A model generated the notes under the pieces. The model was given only the letters and a program-made list of their open reading frames with translations. It ran no database searches and was not told where the DNA came from. Shown in pieces: positions 1 to 8,948 of a stretch of 61,471 nucleotides of DNA. Within the stretch, counting starts at the first letter, position 1. Every line of letters begins with the position of its first letter. Position numbers and translations under genes: made by a program. Origin of the DNA: a virus (taxonomy: Duplodnaviria > Caudoviricetes). Location: the IMG/VR virus record IMGVR_UViG_3300036987_000148, positions 1-61,471 of that record. The stretch is one strand, 5' to 3'.

Positions 1-69
1 ATAGGTTTGCAAAATCTCAAGTTTTGAGGAATTTGCAAATTTAAGAGAGACTTTGGTAGATCGGATCAT
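1..69 (-). CDS. Partial ORF running off the window edge; putative TnpB-like (IS200/IS605-family) RNA-guided nuclease N-terminus
   Basis: ATG at 69 gives MIRSTKVSLKFANSSKLEILQTY, open to the edge, with a CTATTTA motif 4 nt upstream. Resembles my recollection of phage TnpB starts (MIRSxKxxLKFxN); only 23 codons are visible. Confidence 0.4.
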   Translation of the reverse strand, partial: MIRSTKVSLKFANSSKLEILQTY

Positions 70-99
70 GATATAAATAGTATAAAACACTAGAAATCC

Positions 100-1053
100 T
101 TATGATTTCGAGATATGTTTACAATACTGTTCCTTCGCTTCTTCAAATTGATCCCCGGTCAAACCCTTAAAAATGCCAGTGTCAATCTGAAGATGTTCAA
201 AATATGGTTCAATTCCAATTCCATCAACAAACTGATAGTTTTTTCCGTGCCAATAACTATCGATAGTACCGTCCAATTTGACAAGAATTGCAATCTTGCT
301 GAGTTTTTTTGTCAGAAGTTTTGTGTGTTCTTCATCATTTTCTTCTTCATAGACTTCAAGCAGTTCTGTCAAAAGTTCTGAACTAGTCACTATGATCATG
401 TAGATATTTAGAAGATCGACGGCTCTATATTTGTTGAAATATTGATTTTCTTCTCCGGAAATACACCAAGACGTACCCTTACCATAGAAAACACTGGCAT
501 CTCTGGTTTCAGGTCTGACAATATAATAGGAGTCTGTTGAGAGAACCAATTCGGCATCATCTCTAATGTCAGCATCCTTCTTCGCATATTTTCGAATGAT
601 TCTTTTCTGTTTGTGTCTCTTGGCTTCCAAAACAACCTTTTCAATTTCGGCAGTATTTGAGTAAGAATTGATGTCTGCCTGTTCTCCGATAATGATTTTA
701 TCTTCTGTAAATTTATAGAAATCTCTGAACAATTTCAATTGGTAATCATACATTCCGGAAACCGAAAAGGTGTACATTTTTTTTCGAAGCAACTCCAGGA
801 AGTTTACAGGTTTAAATTCCATTTCCTTCCGGGAACCTATTTCAACGTTCACCAAGGTTATGTAATACTTTACAATCCAATCAAGATATTTCTTTTTGGG
901 AGTTGGGTCTAGGTCAACAATATCCTCCCAAAATAAAGAGGTATCTCTCACGTTGGACGTTGTTTTCAATTCTTGAATATCGACATTTGCTGCTTTTGCT
1001 AGCGTTTGTGCTGCCGAGTTGATTCCCTCCAATAGCAATTCTTTTTTATTCAC
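100..1053 (-). CDS. Conserved large-phage protein (DPT..KY..W / YG.GT.WC family), possibly head-packaged
   Basis: Motifs DLDPTPKKKYLDWI, DINSY and ASVFYGKGTSWCIS. Likely start is GTG at 1053 after an AAGGAG SD, not 1200, which lies deep inside the neighbouring gene. Confidence 0.6.
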   Translation of the reverse strand: MNKKELLLEGINSAAQTLAKAANVDIQELKTTSNVRDTSLFWEDIVDLDPTPKKKYLDWIVKYYITLVNVEIGSRKEMEFKPVNFLELLRKKMYTFSVSGMYDYQLKLFRDFYKFTEDKIIIGEQADINSYSNTAEIEKVVLEAKRHKQKRIIRKYAKKDADIRDDAELVLSTDSYYIVRPETRDASVFYGKGTSWCISGEENQYFNKYRAVDLLNIYMIIVTSSELLTELLEVYEEENDEEHTKLLTKKLSKIAILVKLDGTIDSYWHGKNYQFVDGIGIEPYFEHLQIDTGIFKGLTGDQFEEAKEQYCKHISKS

Positions 1054-1534
1054 TGTCAAAAACTCCTTCACGGGAATAAACGCAATTCGCAACAATCTCC
1101 ACCTTGCTCTTGTTTTGTCCGAATAATTCTCTAGGTTCGTCCAGAGAGACAATCTCAAAAAAATCTTCGCCGTACTGAATATAGTCACCGGCACGAACAT
1201 ACAAATCTTGATCTTCGGTCAATCTTCTCTTATGGAAATGAACCTTGAGTTTTGTTCTTCTTTCCAGGAACGGTTTGTTCTGTGTCTCATAGCCTTCCCA
1301 TTCAATCAAAACATAAACCCGAATAGAGGGAAAGTAATTCTTCTGAACGGCTTCCCCATAGACGGGATGATAATTGGTGGATTCGACATCAATCGGATAA
1401 TATAGAACCTGTTGACCAATGATTTTCTCGATCAATTCATCATTGATTTGCTTGACAAGATCCTTCTCCTTCTGCCCTAAGAAAAGGGGAGGGGGAGGTT
1501 GAATCTGTTGAATGAGTTTATTTTCTTCTGCCAT
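1046..1534 (-). CDS. Neck/head-closure protein (T4 gp14-like)
   Basis: PPPPLFLGQKE..ELIEKIIGQQVLYY..YGEA and GDYIQYG pattern; directly downstream of the gp13-like gene. Confidence 0.6.
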   Translation of the reverse strand: MAEENKLIQQIQPPPPLFLGQKEKDLVKQINDELIEKIIGQQVLYYPIDVESTNYHPVYGEAVQKNYFPSIRVYVLIEWEGYETQNKPFLERRTKLKVHFHKRRLTEDQDLYVRAGDYIQYGEDFFEIVSLDEPRELFGQNKSKVEIVANCVYSREGVFDSE

Positions 1535-1540
1535 TAAGAT

Positions 1541-2773
1541 TTATCCTACATAGATAACCATTGGAATCTTTTCCTGAATCTTCGAGACATTTTCAACAAT
1601 CTCAGCATCCTGTACTGCCAATTTTGCATAGGTCATTTCGTCAAGGATCTTCAGAAGTTCTTCCCTAAGTTGCTGTCTCTCTTCTTTTCCTTGACCGATC
1701 AAATCCTCGCCGTTTAACGTGATATCATTTCCCGGAATTGGAATTGATTTGATCTTGCTTCTAACCTGTCCTAACATTTCCTTACAGATCGCCAGGGCAT
1801 ATCTTCGAATCCATTGCTTTCCCATTGAGTTAATGCTGGAATAGGGAAGATTGTCAAAAGGAAGAGTATTGGCGCTATTGACACCGTTCAAGGAATCAGA
1901 AGTACCATCTCCGCCGATTGCCCAGGCATCATCCTCAACGGTGAAATGCACCCATAATTTTCGAATTCCACCGCGAGGAATGGGGAATATTCTCAATTGA
2001 TTGTTGTGAATCTCATATGACATATGGGATAACCGCATGTTGATGCTTTCCTCATATGCCATTGCCTGAAGTTTATTGTGCCAGGGAGGAATTACCTCAA
2101 ATGTCGAATCGTCGGCAAACATTCCATAGGTTGACAGATTTCCGACAACGTTGTAACCGCCATAATATCCATAGAATCTCCAAGCAGATCGAGGGGTCCG
2201 ATAAAAGACCTTTCGAATGTCAACCCTTTTTGTGCCAACAATGCTCGAAAATTCTGGATTCGAGGAAATCAATTCCTGAAGATCGTAATTCTGTTGCTTG
2301 TCCACCAAATCAATGCTGGCAGAATAGAAGTTCTGATATCCGCCAACTCCCGCAGCATCAGAGAAACCTCCCCCTACAGTCTTGGCATATGCCAGTTTAA
2401 ACCGGGGATATTTGAGATTCAATCCGGAAGGACCAGAAACGATATTTCCGTTATGATCAAAGGATGCGGTTGTTGAACCAAGAAAAGAAGAAAGAACAGA
2501 CTTTCCATGAATCAGGTTGGTAATGTATCCATACTCTAATACTGCCTCTTCATATGCAGCATATACTTGAGATTCCTGAATTTCCAGATCGAGTATGTTT
2601 CCTCCCAATCTCTGATAAACGAATGCAACTTGATCAACCGCACCAGAAATGAACTCCAGAGAGCCGGAATAGACCCCTAAAGGCAGGGAAGGAGCAACGT
2701 TGCTATAGGTTCCATTCGCAGGTAGCCTAATCGCGCTAACGGCGCTAACAGGGCTTAAATTGGGATATGCCAT
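1541..2773 (-). CDS. Neck/head-tail adaptor protein (T4 gp13-like)
   Basis: RLGGNILDLEI motif, WIRRYALAICKEMLGQVRSK, IPIPGNDITLNG and C-terminal PMVIYVG are typical of gp13-like neck proteins. Confidence 0.75.
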   Translation of the reverse strand: MAYPNLSPVSAVSAIRLPANGTYSNVAPSLPLGVYSGSLEFISGAVDQVAFVYQRLGGNILDLEIQESQVYAAYEEAVLEYGYITNLIHGKSVLSSFLGSTTASFDHNGNIVSGPSGLNLKYPRFKLAYAKTVGGGFSDAAGVGGYQNFYSASIDLVDKQQNYDLQELISSNPEFSSIVGTKRVDIRKVFYRTPRSAWRFYGYYGGYNVVGNLSTYGMFADDSTFEVIPPWHNKLQAMAYEESINMRLSHMSYEIHNNQLRIFPIPRGGIRKLWVHFTVEDDAWAIGGDGTSDSLNGVNSANTLPFDNLPYSSINSMGKQWIRRYALAICKEMLGQVRSKIKSIPIPGNDITLNGEDLIGQGKEERQQLREELLKILDEMTYAKLAVQDAEIVENVSKIQEKIPMVIYVG

Positions 2774-2862
2774 TTTTAAGGTTTCCTTGTTGTTTGATGA
2801 TTGTTAAAAATCCTCTGTTGTAATTAGATGTCTGATTTGTTTAGGGGGTTGTTTGGGTTGAA

Positions 2863-3402
2863 TTAATTGAGAGAAAGGTTGAATTGCTGACAGAGAGAAG
2901 AAGGAAGAATTAAATCGATTTCCTTTTTCTTCCGAAGTTTTTCCTGAAGGGATTCTCGGATGTCGTCATAGATGATTCCGAATTTAATCAGGTCTTCGCG
3001 AAATCTTTGAATTCCTAGTTCGCAAAAATCACAAGGCATTATTACGCTTTCATCAACAAAACCATGAGGAAAATATTGCTTGAATTTGACGTCAATTCCA
3101 AACAGAAGATTGATTATCTCCGGAGTCATTTGCACAAAGTAAGGAATTCTGATAGTCTTAATTCCTTCCTCTTCAAATATCTTGTCTTTCTTTCTGTCCC
3201 TCACAATCGTTTGTGCTGAAGTATAATGAAGAGGTCCATCAAATTCGACAATTATTTGCAGTTCTTTGCAGTAATAATCAGGTCTGGATCTTTTGTTTTG
3301 ACTGCCAGGAACGGCGTTGTTGTGAATAAAGAGATTTTCTGGATATATCTTTTTAAGGTGCCCTTGGAGTTTTCCTTCAGATAGATATTTTTTTGTAGCC
3401 AT
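2863..3402 (-). CDS. DUF559/Vsr-like PD-(D/E)xK endonuclease
   Basis: RPDYY..IIVEFDGPLHY..RDRKKD..GIKTIRIPY. Confidence 0.8.
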   Translation of the reverse strand: MATKKYLSEGKLQGHLKKIYPENLFIHNNAVPGSQNKRSRPDYYCKELQIIVEFDGPLHYTSAQTIVRDRKKDKIFEEEGIKTIRIPYFVQMTPEIINLLFGIDVKFKQYFPHGFVDESVIMPCDFCELGIQRFREDLIKFGIIYDDIRESLQEKLRKKKEIDLILPSSLCQQFNLSLN

Positions 3403-3410
3403 AATTTTCC

Positions 3411-3941
3411 TTAACTTTCGACTGTTGCTCTTTTTGAAGTTTCTTTTTTTGAATGAAGTTTGGATCTACAATCTGGACATCCTACTCCCCTTTCGTATGA
3501 ATCCAAAGAAAGAAGGAATTGTTTTTGGCAAGACGTGCATCGAAACTCCAGAGTCTTCGCTATTCTTTTCTCATAGTTTTTATAAGTTCCCAGGAATTGC
3601 AGATCCTCGCGAGAAAGCCTTTCTGTGAACTTTTCTTCACTTAAAATCGGAACATTTCGCGAATGTATATAATGCTTCCCGTAAAAGGGATTGTTCTCTC
3701 CGCTAATCTTTTCTGCCTGTCTTGCGATTCCTTCATGATCGTTCTTTGTCAAGCCTTTTTTCCAACCTGGATTAAACTTCCCATCTTCTATGTTTTTCTT
3801 AGAGGCTTTGGCTCTTGCTTCTTTTGAGTGTTCTGAACAGAATTCATTGTATTCCTGCTTGTAGTAATTGAAATTTGTTCTTTTGCCGCAAATTGGGCAA
3901 AACTTGATTTCTTTTCCGGGTTTGTCGGATATTAATGCCAT
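3411..3941 (-). CDS. Zn-finger/NUMOD3-like DNA-binding protein (homing-endonuclease-type modules, no nuclease domain seen)
   Basis: CPICG..FCS, GWKKGLTK, GENNPFYGKH (NUMOD3-like), CTSC..CPDC; AAGGAG SD at 3947-3952. Confidence 0.65.
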   Translation of the reverse strand: MALISDKPGKEIKFCPICGKRTNFNYYKQEYNEFCSEHSKEARAKASKKNIEDGKFNPGWKKGLTKNDHEGIARQAEKISGENNPFYGKHYIHSRNVPILSEEKFTERLSREDLQFLGTYKNYEKRIAKTLEFRCTSCQKQFLLSLDSYERGVGCPDCRSKLHSKKETSKRATVES

Positions 3942-3998
3942 AACTTCTCCTTGCTATATAACTAGTATATCAGTTTGGAAAGGTTATGTTAAGTTGAT

Positions 3999-4027
3999 AA
4001 AAAAAACCCGGCTTGCGCCGGGTTTTT
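3999..4027 (-). terminator. Rho-independent terminator after the major capsid gene (probably bidirectional)
   Basis: Minus strand reads AAAAACCCGGC-GCAA-GCCGGG followed by T8: perfect stem, GNRA loop, about 20 nt after the MCP stop. Confidence 0.9.
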
Positions 4028-4047
4028 CTCGTCAGAGCGGACTTTGA

Positions 4048-5790
4048 CTATTGGGTTCTAGGTACCAAATCTGTAATGATTACCAAACCATACATGTCGC
4101 TGCGTACCATTTTATGTCCGTATCTGGTCCATACGGCTTTGGTTGGAGTGAACTGCTCAGGCTCAAAGATCGTGGGGGTGATTTGCAGCGGAACATAAGG
4201 TGCATACACATATCCACTCTCAAGGAATCCAGAACCTTTACGTCCGATCAATACCAAGTTCCTTGGGAATTGAGGATCGACGTAAACATCCCATTTCTTG
4301 TTCACAGAACCAACGCTCAGAACGTTTACCGTACCTTTGGGTTCGTCAGCCGTGGTATTGGCACGGAAGCCAGCGGTAAACTCAAGGATGTTGGAAGTCT
4401 CAGGACCACAAACCAGGAAGGTTGCGCCGCCACGAAGGACTTTGCGGTGGATCTGAGCCGAAACATCATTGATTCGTTCAATCAGGGTTTCATACCACTG
4501 AGAAACGTTACCGGTGAAATCCGGATAAGAATTCAGGGTAGTAGGATCTGTATCAAGGGGAGCGCCGGTTTCGGGGTTAACGAATTTACCGGGCATCCTT
4601 GACCAATATTGAACAGAAGCCGTTGCACCGCGAATCAGGTTGACGAGGATTTCCCGGTCAATCTCTTGGGCGATGGTTTCGGATAGAACGTTGGTTAGTT
4701 CTACTTCAGCATCAATATTGTGATAGGCATCCAGGTCTTGTGACAGTTCAGGAGTCCACTTGACCCGCAGTTTCTTGGTTACGGCAGTGATTGACACCGA
4801 ATCAATTTTGATGTTGATTTCGGGGAATTCTTGCCGATCACCGGTCAGGGCTTCGAAGTACCACTCATCAGCACCCTTCATGGTACCTAGAGCGCCGCCG
4901 TTCACAAACTGGTCAGCATGGGGATACACGAATGCAACTCCAGTAGAACCAGTGACTTGCGCAAGGCTTACACCGTTAGGAACCTTAAGGACCATTGAGA
5001 AGACACCAGAAGTTCCGGATTTGGCGAAAGTCGTTAGCCGTCTAACGGTCTGAGCGCCTGACAGTTCAGAACCGGTCAGTTCCATTGCAACCAGATTCTT
5101 AAGGTTCATCTTGGTTAGATTTGCAGCAGAGATTTGCGCACGGAAACCAACATAGGAATCAGTCGCATCTTGGAGACAATCTGGATCAAATTGAACATAT
5201 TTTTGATCGGTCTGAGAAATGCTGGTTCCGACAGAAGCCGTGAACAGACCGGCATACATATGACCATCAGCGGCAGAAGCCGAATAGGGCATAGTAAACG
5301 AAGCCGTGGGGCTTGAATAACCGTTGTTCAGGTTGTAGAAACCTTTTTCATTGTTCAGATTGGTAAGATCGATACCTTCAGCGATTTCCTTTGCCAGTCG
5401 TCCACCACCAAAGATCGATTCGCCTTCAACAGCGCCGGTACTGGTTTTGGTATTACCGTATTTGAAATCCAGGAAGAAGATCAAACCGTTGGGTAGGTTC
5501 ATTGTTTGAACGGAAACCAACTTCTCTGCAATCAGTTCTCCGAAGACCCGGCGAACCAGGGGGAATGCTACAGCAGCGAAACCCTCGACATCGCCAGATT
5601 GCATTGAATTTGCTTCGCGAAGAAGTTCTTTTGCTTGGTTTTCCAGCAACAGGGACATATTTGATTGTCCCCGGTCGCCTAGACCTTCAAGCAGACCGGT
5701 TTTCTGCCACTTAGACATAAGGGCAGCACCTTCCCGACGTGCAGAACGGAAGGAAGTTCCAGCAGTTAGTCTTGATAATAGTGTACTCAT
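4048..5790 (-). CDS. Major capsid protein (T4 gp23-like) with large insertion domain
   Basis: KWQKTGLLEGL, LLENQA, FPLVRRVF, VSVQTMNLPNGLIFFLDF, KLRVKWTPELSQDL.AYH, ESGYVYAPYVPL, TRYG; AGGAG SD at 5802-5806. Confidence 0.95.
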   Translation of the reverse strand: MSTLLSRLTAGTSFRSARREGAALMSKWQKTGLLEGLGDRGQSNMSLLLENQAKELLREANSMQSGDVEGFAAVAFPLVRRVFGELIAEKLVSVQTMNLPNGLIFFLDFKYGNTKTSTGAVEGESIFGGGRLAKEIAEGIDLTNLNNEKGFYNLNNGYSSPTASFTMPYSASAADGHMYAGLFTASVGTSISQTDQKYVQFDPDCLQDATDSYVGFRAQISAANLTKMNLKNLVAMELTGSELSGAQTVRRLTTFAKSGTSGVFSMVLKVPNGVSLAQVTGSTGVAFVYPHADQFVNGGALGTMKGADEWYFEALTGDRQEFPEINIKIDSVSITAVTKKLRVKWTPELSQDLDAYHNIDAEVELTNVLSETIAQEIDREILVNLIRGATASVQYWSRMPGKFVNPETGAPLDTDPTTLNSYPDFTGNVSQWYETLIERINDVSAQIHRKVLRGGATFLVCGPETSNILEFTAGFRANTTADEPKGTVNVLSVGSVNKKWDVYVDPQFPRNLVLIGRKGSGFLESGYVYAPYVPLQITPTIFEPEQFTPTKAVWTRYGHKMVRSDMYGLVIITDLVPRTQ

Positions 5791-5820
5791 TTTTTTGTTC
5801 TCTCCTATTTTTTTTCTTTT

Positions 5821-7143
5821 CTACCTTTGTCTTCCAAAGGCAAGTTCTCTCATCCGGCTGTAAGTTGAATCAATTTCTTCATCTTTGCCGGGACTCACGA
5901 CAAAAGTTCGATTTGCCATGCCTCTTGCTTCCTGCAACCTTTCCTTTCCTTCCTTTTGAGAAGTTCTTGAAGAATCTTGCATAGCCTTCGTCATTTCAAA
6001 TGCGGCTTTCGCCTGCTCCAGAGATACTGTTTTTTCAATCGACTCGGCAAGAATCACTTTTTGCCGCTCATTCAAGGAGGGATTTTTCAGTACCCGATTA
6101 ACATAAAGCAGTTTTCCACTTGCAAGATTCGCCTTTTCAAGTTTCTCTGCCAATGTTCTAGTATTAAATAGTAAGCGTTTGTTTTCGCTTACCTTTTTTT
6201 CAAAATTTTCTTTAAGAGTTTCAATCTCTTTTTGAAGATCATGTCTAAGTGTGTTGAATTCCTCATCTTTTGAGGCTAAAAGTTCCTTCATAGAATCTTC
6301 AGTTACAGATTTTTCGGTTCTATCCGCACCAACAACCCTGCCAGAAGGAGCAATTTCATAATCCACATTGAGGTCTTTCAATTCCTCTTCAATGCAGGTA
6401 CGAATTAAGGATTCATCAATCTCTTCGATTTCATCATCATCTGAATAAAGCGTTCGCCAATCTGAATCTTCTGAAGGATCTTTGTATTCTTCCAGTCTTT
6501 CAAACGGTTCAACTTCATCTCTTTGAAGACTGTGAGGATTTAGTCTTTCTTTTTCTCCCGGAACTTCAGCAGAAGAAGAAGGTGTGGAAGTCTGAGGATT
6601 AGGACAACTTGAACCTAAATTCTGATATTCCTCTTCCCAACCATCTTGACGAAGATTGACAAATTCGCGAATTATTTTTTCTCTTTTTGCGCCAGGAACC
6701 GCAGCAGGACAACCCTCAACAATACCAGAAGCCATAGAGGATCCATCTTCCGATATCAGGCTTTCATCACGGTCAAGAAGATCATCTTCAATTGATTCTT
6801 CCGGAGGAATATCCAATTCATCAGAAAGAGAAAGTTCAGCATCAATAGCATCTTTCAATGTATCAAAATCAAGAACAATATCTTCATCTTCTTCTGCGTG
6901 TGGATCTAACAGGGTATCTTCCTGCATATCATTCATTGGATCGGGACGAATATCTGGTTCTGAATAATGTTCTTCTTCGTTTTCAATTATTCCGGAAGGA
7001 TTTGGATAGCCTTCCAGAATCGTTTTAACAGCACTCTTAATATCAGCAGCATACTCTTCAAGAATCAGATTTCTTGCGTTTTCCAACGCAGCATTCCGAA
7101 GTTTCTCTGCATCGATAATTGCTTCTTCTAATAGTTTGGACAT
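5821..7143 (-). CDS. Prohead core/scaffolding protein (gp22-like)
   Basis: Very acidic, C-terminal coiled coil, LLYVNRVL..LNERQK and terminal RMRELAFG; immediately upstream of the MCP. Confidence 0.75.
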   Translation of the reverse strand: MSKLLEEAIIDAEKLRNAALENARNLILEEYAADIKSAVKTILEGYPNPSGIIENEEEHYSEPDIRPDPMNDMQEDTLLDPHAEEDEDIVLDFDTLKDAIDAELSLSDELDIPPEESIEDDLLDRDESLISEDGSSMASGIVEGCPAAVPGAKREKIIREFVNLRQDGWEEEYQNLGSSCPNPQTSTPSSSAEVPGEKERLNPHSLQRDEVEPFERLEEYKDPSEDSDWRTLYSDDDEIEEIDESLIRTCIEEELKDLNVDYEIAPSGRVVGADRTEKSVTEDSMKELLASKDEEFNTLRHDLQKEIETLKENFEKKVSENKRLLFNTRTLAEKLEKANLASGKLLYVNRVLKNPSLNERQKVILAESIEKTVSLEQAKAAFEMTKAMQDSSRTSQKEGKERLQEARGMANRTFVVSPGKDEEIDSTYSRMRELAFGRQR

Positions 7144-7166
7144 CTATAATCTCCCAATTTCCTTTA

Positions 7167-7173
7167 TAACTAG
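7167..7173 (-). promoter_or_regulatory. CTANTTA putative late promoter (representative copy, upstream of scaffold/MCP)
   Basis: The same heptamer occurs at 74-80, 2821-2827, 3959-3965, 8107-8113, 11536-11542, 20429-20435, 26342-26348 and 28299-28305, each shortly upstream of a start codon. Confidence 0.65.
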
Positions 7174-7190
7174 TAGGCAACCAACGAAAA

Positions 7191-7583
7191 TTAATCTTTG
7201 TCAAGAAAACTGGTAATAAAAACACCGGGAACAGATTCTTTTTCTCCGGTCTTTTCGCTCTCAACAATGGCTTTCCAGGATGTTCGTGTTGCCGTCCAAT
7301 CTTCAAAAACCACAGAAGCCTTAACCACTTCAAGAATTCTTCCGTTCTGGCGGTTTTCTCGATTAGCATCCATGTATTCGATTCTCTTGCCTTCAATCGT
7401 CTTCTTGAGAAAGTCCAAGATTATCTGTGCATATTCCTTTGCCAAATTATCTTTAGCCTCACGAAGTTTTTGATTAATCTCAGTTGTAAAGTGATTTGTT
7501 AGTTTGTTTGCGACATAACCCTTAAGCGGGGTTTCTTTGAGAAGTTCCCGCCTGACTAACTGTTGAATTCGCTCTTTCTTCAT
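7191..7583 (-). CDS. Hypothetical protein with MKK..IQQLVRRELLKE leader
   Basis: 130-aa ORF in operon order within the head module. Confidence 0.6.
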   Translation of the reverse strand: MKKERIQQLVRRELLKETPLKGYVANKLTNHFTTEINQKLREAKDNLAKEYAQIILDFLKKTIEGKRIEYMDANRENRQNGRILEVVKASVVFEDWTATRTSWKAIVESEKTGEKESVPGVFITSFLDKD

Positions 7584-7586
7584 GAG

Positions 7587-8084
7587 TTATTCCGTAATGC
7601 CAGAGCCGGTCAAAACATATTCTTCTCGAATATTTGTGAGTTCAGCATACAGAGAAAAAGCAGCACGGGATTCATCTGTTTCAACTTCCTCCCCTACCGA
7701 AAGATAGATTCTTCTTGTCTTACAATTAATTCTTAGGGTATTCGAACCTCCAATAGCACCAACATATCCAATAATCTCTTCGTTGGATTCTGCCTCGGTA
7801 TCATATTCATTATCAAAGATTGCGACGGGATTTCCATTGAGCAAAATATAGTGATAATTATCCATGACCTTTGGATCTTCCCTACTTGCAAAATGAACAG
7901 CCAAAGGAATTGTTCCCGTATTAATCACATAGATAGACTTCGTGATCATCGGAAATTCAACAATGGCTCCATCCTCGGTCATAGAACTTGAAGGTACCTG
8001 TCCACCTGTCAAAAAAGGTCTACCTGAAACCATATATGAAGCCGCATTTCCTATTCCGGCTTGAGGGGCATAAATACTCGACAT
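7587..8084 (-). CDS. Putative virion structural/decoration protein
   Basis: GIGNAASYMVSGRPFLTG, beta-rich, ends LTGSGITE; located in the head module. Confidence 0.5.
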   Translation of the reverse strand: MSSIYAPQAGIGNAASYMVSGRPFLTGGQVPSSSMTEDGAIVEFPMITKSIYVINTGTIPLAVHFASREDPKVMDNYHYILLNGNPVAIFDNEYDTEAESNEEIIGYVGAIGGSNTLRINCKTRRIYLSVGEEVETDESRAAFSLYAELTNIREEYVLTGSGITE

Positions 8085-8138
8085 AAAAATATCTCCATTT
8101 CTTAACTAAGTAGATTCTTTTTCGAAACTTATCTTATT

Positions 8139-8351
8139 TCACTGTTTGGGATTTTGATTTTTTTGTGCGCGAAGTTTTCTTTGAAGATTCTCTTTGTGCT
8201 TCTTCTCTGAAGGTTTTTCGTAGAACTTTCGCTCTCTAGCCTCTTCTAAAATTCCCGACTCTCTAACGGCTCTCTTGAATCTTCTCAGAAGCGAATCAAT
8301 CTCTTCATCTCTCTTGGCGAACACTTGCGCTTGTACCGGCTGACTTTTCAT
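8139..8351 (-). CDS. rpsU: Phage-encoded 30S ribosomal protein bS21
   Basis: EEIDSLLRRFKRAVRESGILEEARERKFYEKPSEKK matches the bS21 consensus (LRRFKR..G...E.R.R..YEKPS); 70 aa, basic. Confidence 0.92.
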   Translation of the reverse strand: MKSQPVQAQVFAKRDEEIDSLLRRFKRAVRESGILEEARERKFYEKPSEKKHKENLQRKLRAQKNQNPKQ

Positions 8352-8362
8352 AAAACTCTCTG

Positions 8363-8941
8363 TTAATTCTTTTTCGATCTTGCTTTGATTACGTTCACCA
8401 ACTGGTCCAGATCAATACCTGGATCGTTTGGATGAAAATCGCGCAAAGGGGTTAACGAACCTGCAAGTTTAGGATCTATCTTTCCCTCTGAATCAAGCAG
8501 TTGCTCAATTGGCGGGGGAGGTTCCCATTCCGCGTTTGATGCTGCTCCTTGCTGAACCTCTCTCTCTTGGGTTTCCTTCATGAGTTCCCGAAGTTCAGGA
8601 TTCATTTTGCGAAACTTCTGTTCAACATCAACATAGGGATTCTCTTCTTCCTGATTCAATCCCATCAAACTTTTTGCAGATTCAATCATCTCTTTGGTAG
8701 AGGCTGGATTCTTTCTGGCAACAGCAAATGGTTGAGAAGAAGTTTCGGTAATGACCGTTCTTCCACTTGCCGAATTCATGAACTTGAGGGTTTCTGTCAG
8801 AAGTTTCATCTGTTGACTTGTTACGGCTTCTGAAACCTCCGTAATCAGTGTCTTGAGGGAACCATTGGATCTTGTCAGTTCTTCTTTGATACAAGCCCTA
8901 ACCAACGGTTTCAGTATCTCTAGTAACTCTTTTTTGTTCAT
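8363..8941 (-). CDS. Conserved head-module hypothetical protein
   Basis: MNKKELLEILKPLVRACIKEEL leader; C-terminal PNDPGIDL. Confidence 0.6.
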   Translation of the reverse strand: MNKKELLEILKPLVRACIKEELTRSNGSLKTLITEVSEAVTSQQMKLLTETLKFMNSASGRTVITETSSQPFAVARKNPASTKEMIESAKSLMGLNQEEENPYVDVEQKFRKMNPELRELMKETQEREVQQGAASNAEWEPPPPIEQLLDSEGKIDPKLAGSLTPLRDFHPNDPGIDLDQLVNVIKARSKKN

Positions 8942-8948
8942 AACTAAC

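Noticed and set aside
1054-1200. N-terminal extensions in the ORF track (also 18271-18324, 60422-60457, 61027-61134)
   Set aside because: They overlap upstream genes; downstream starts with an SD or stop-start overlap fit better.
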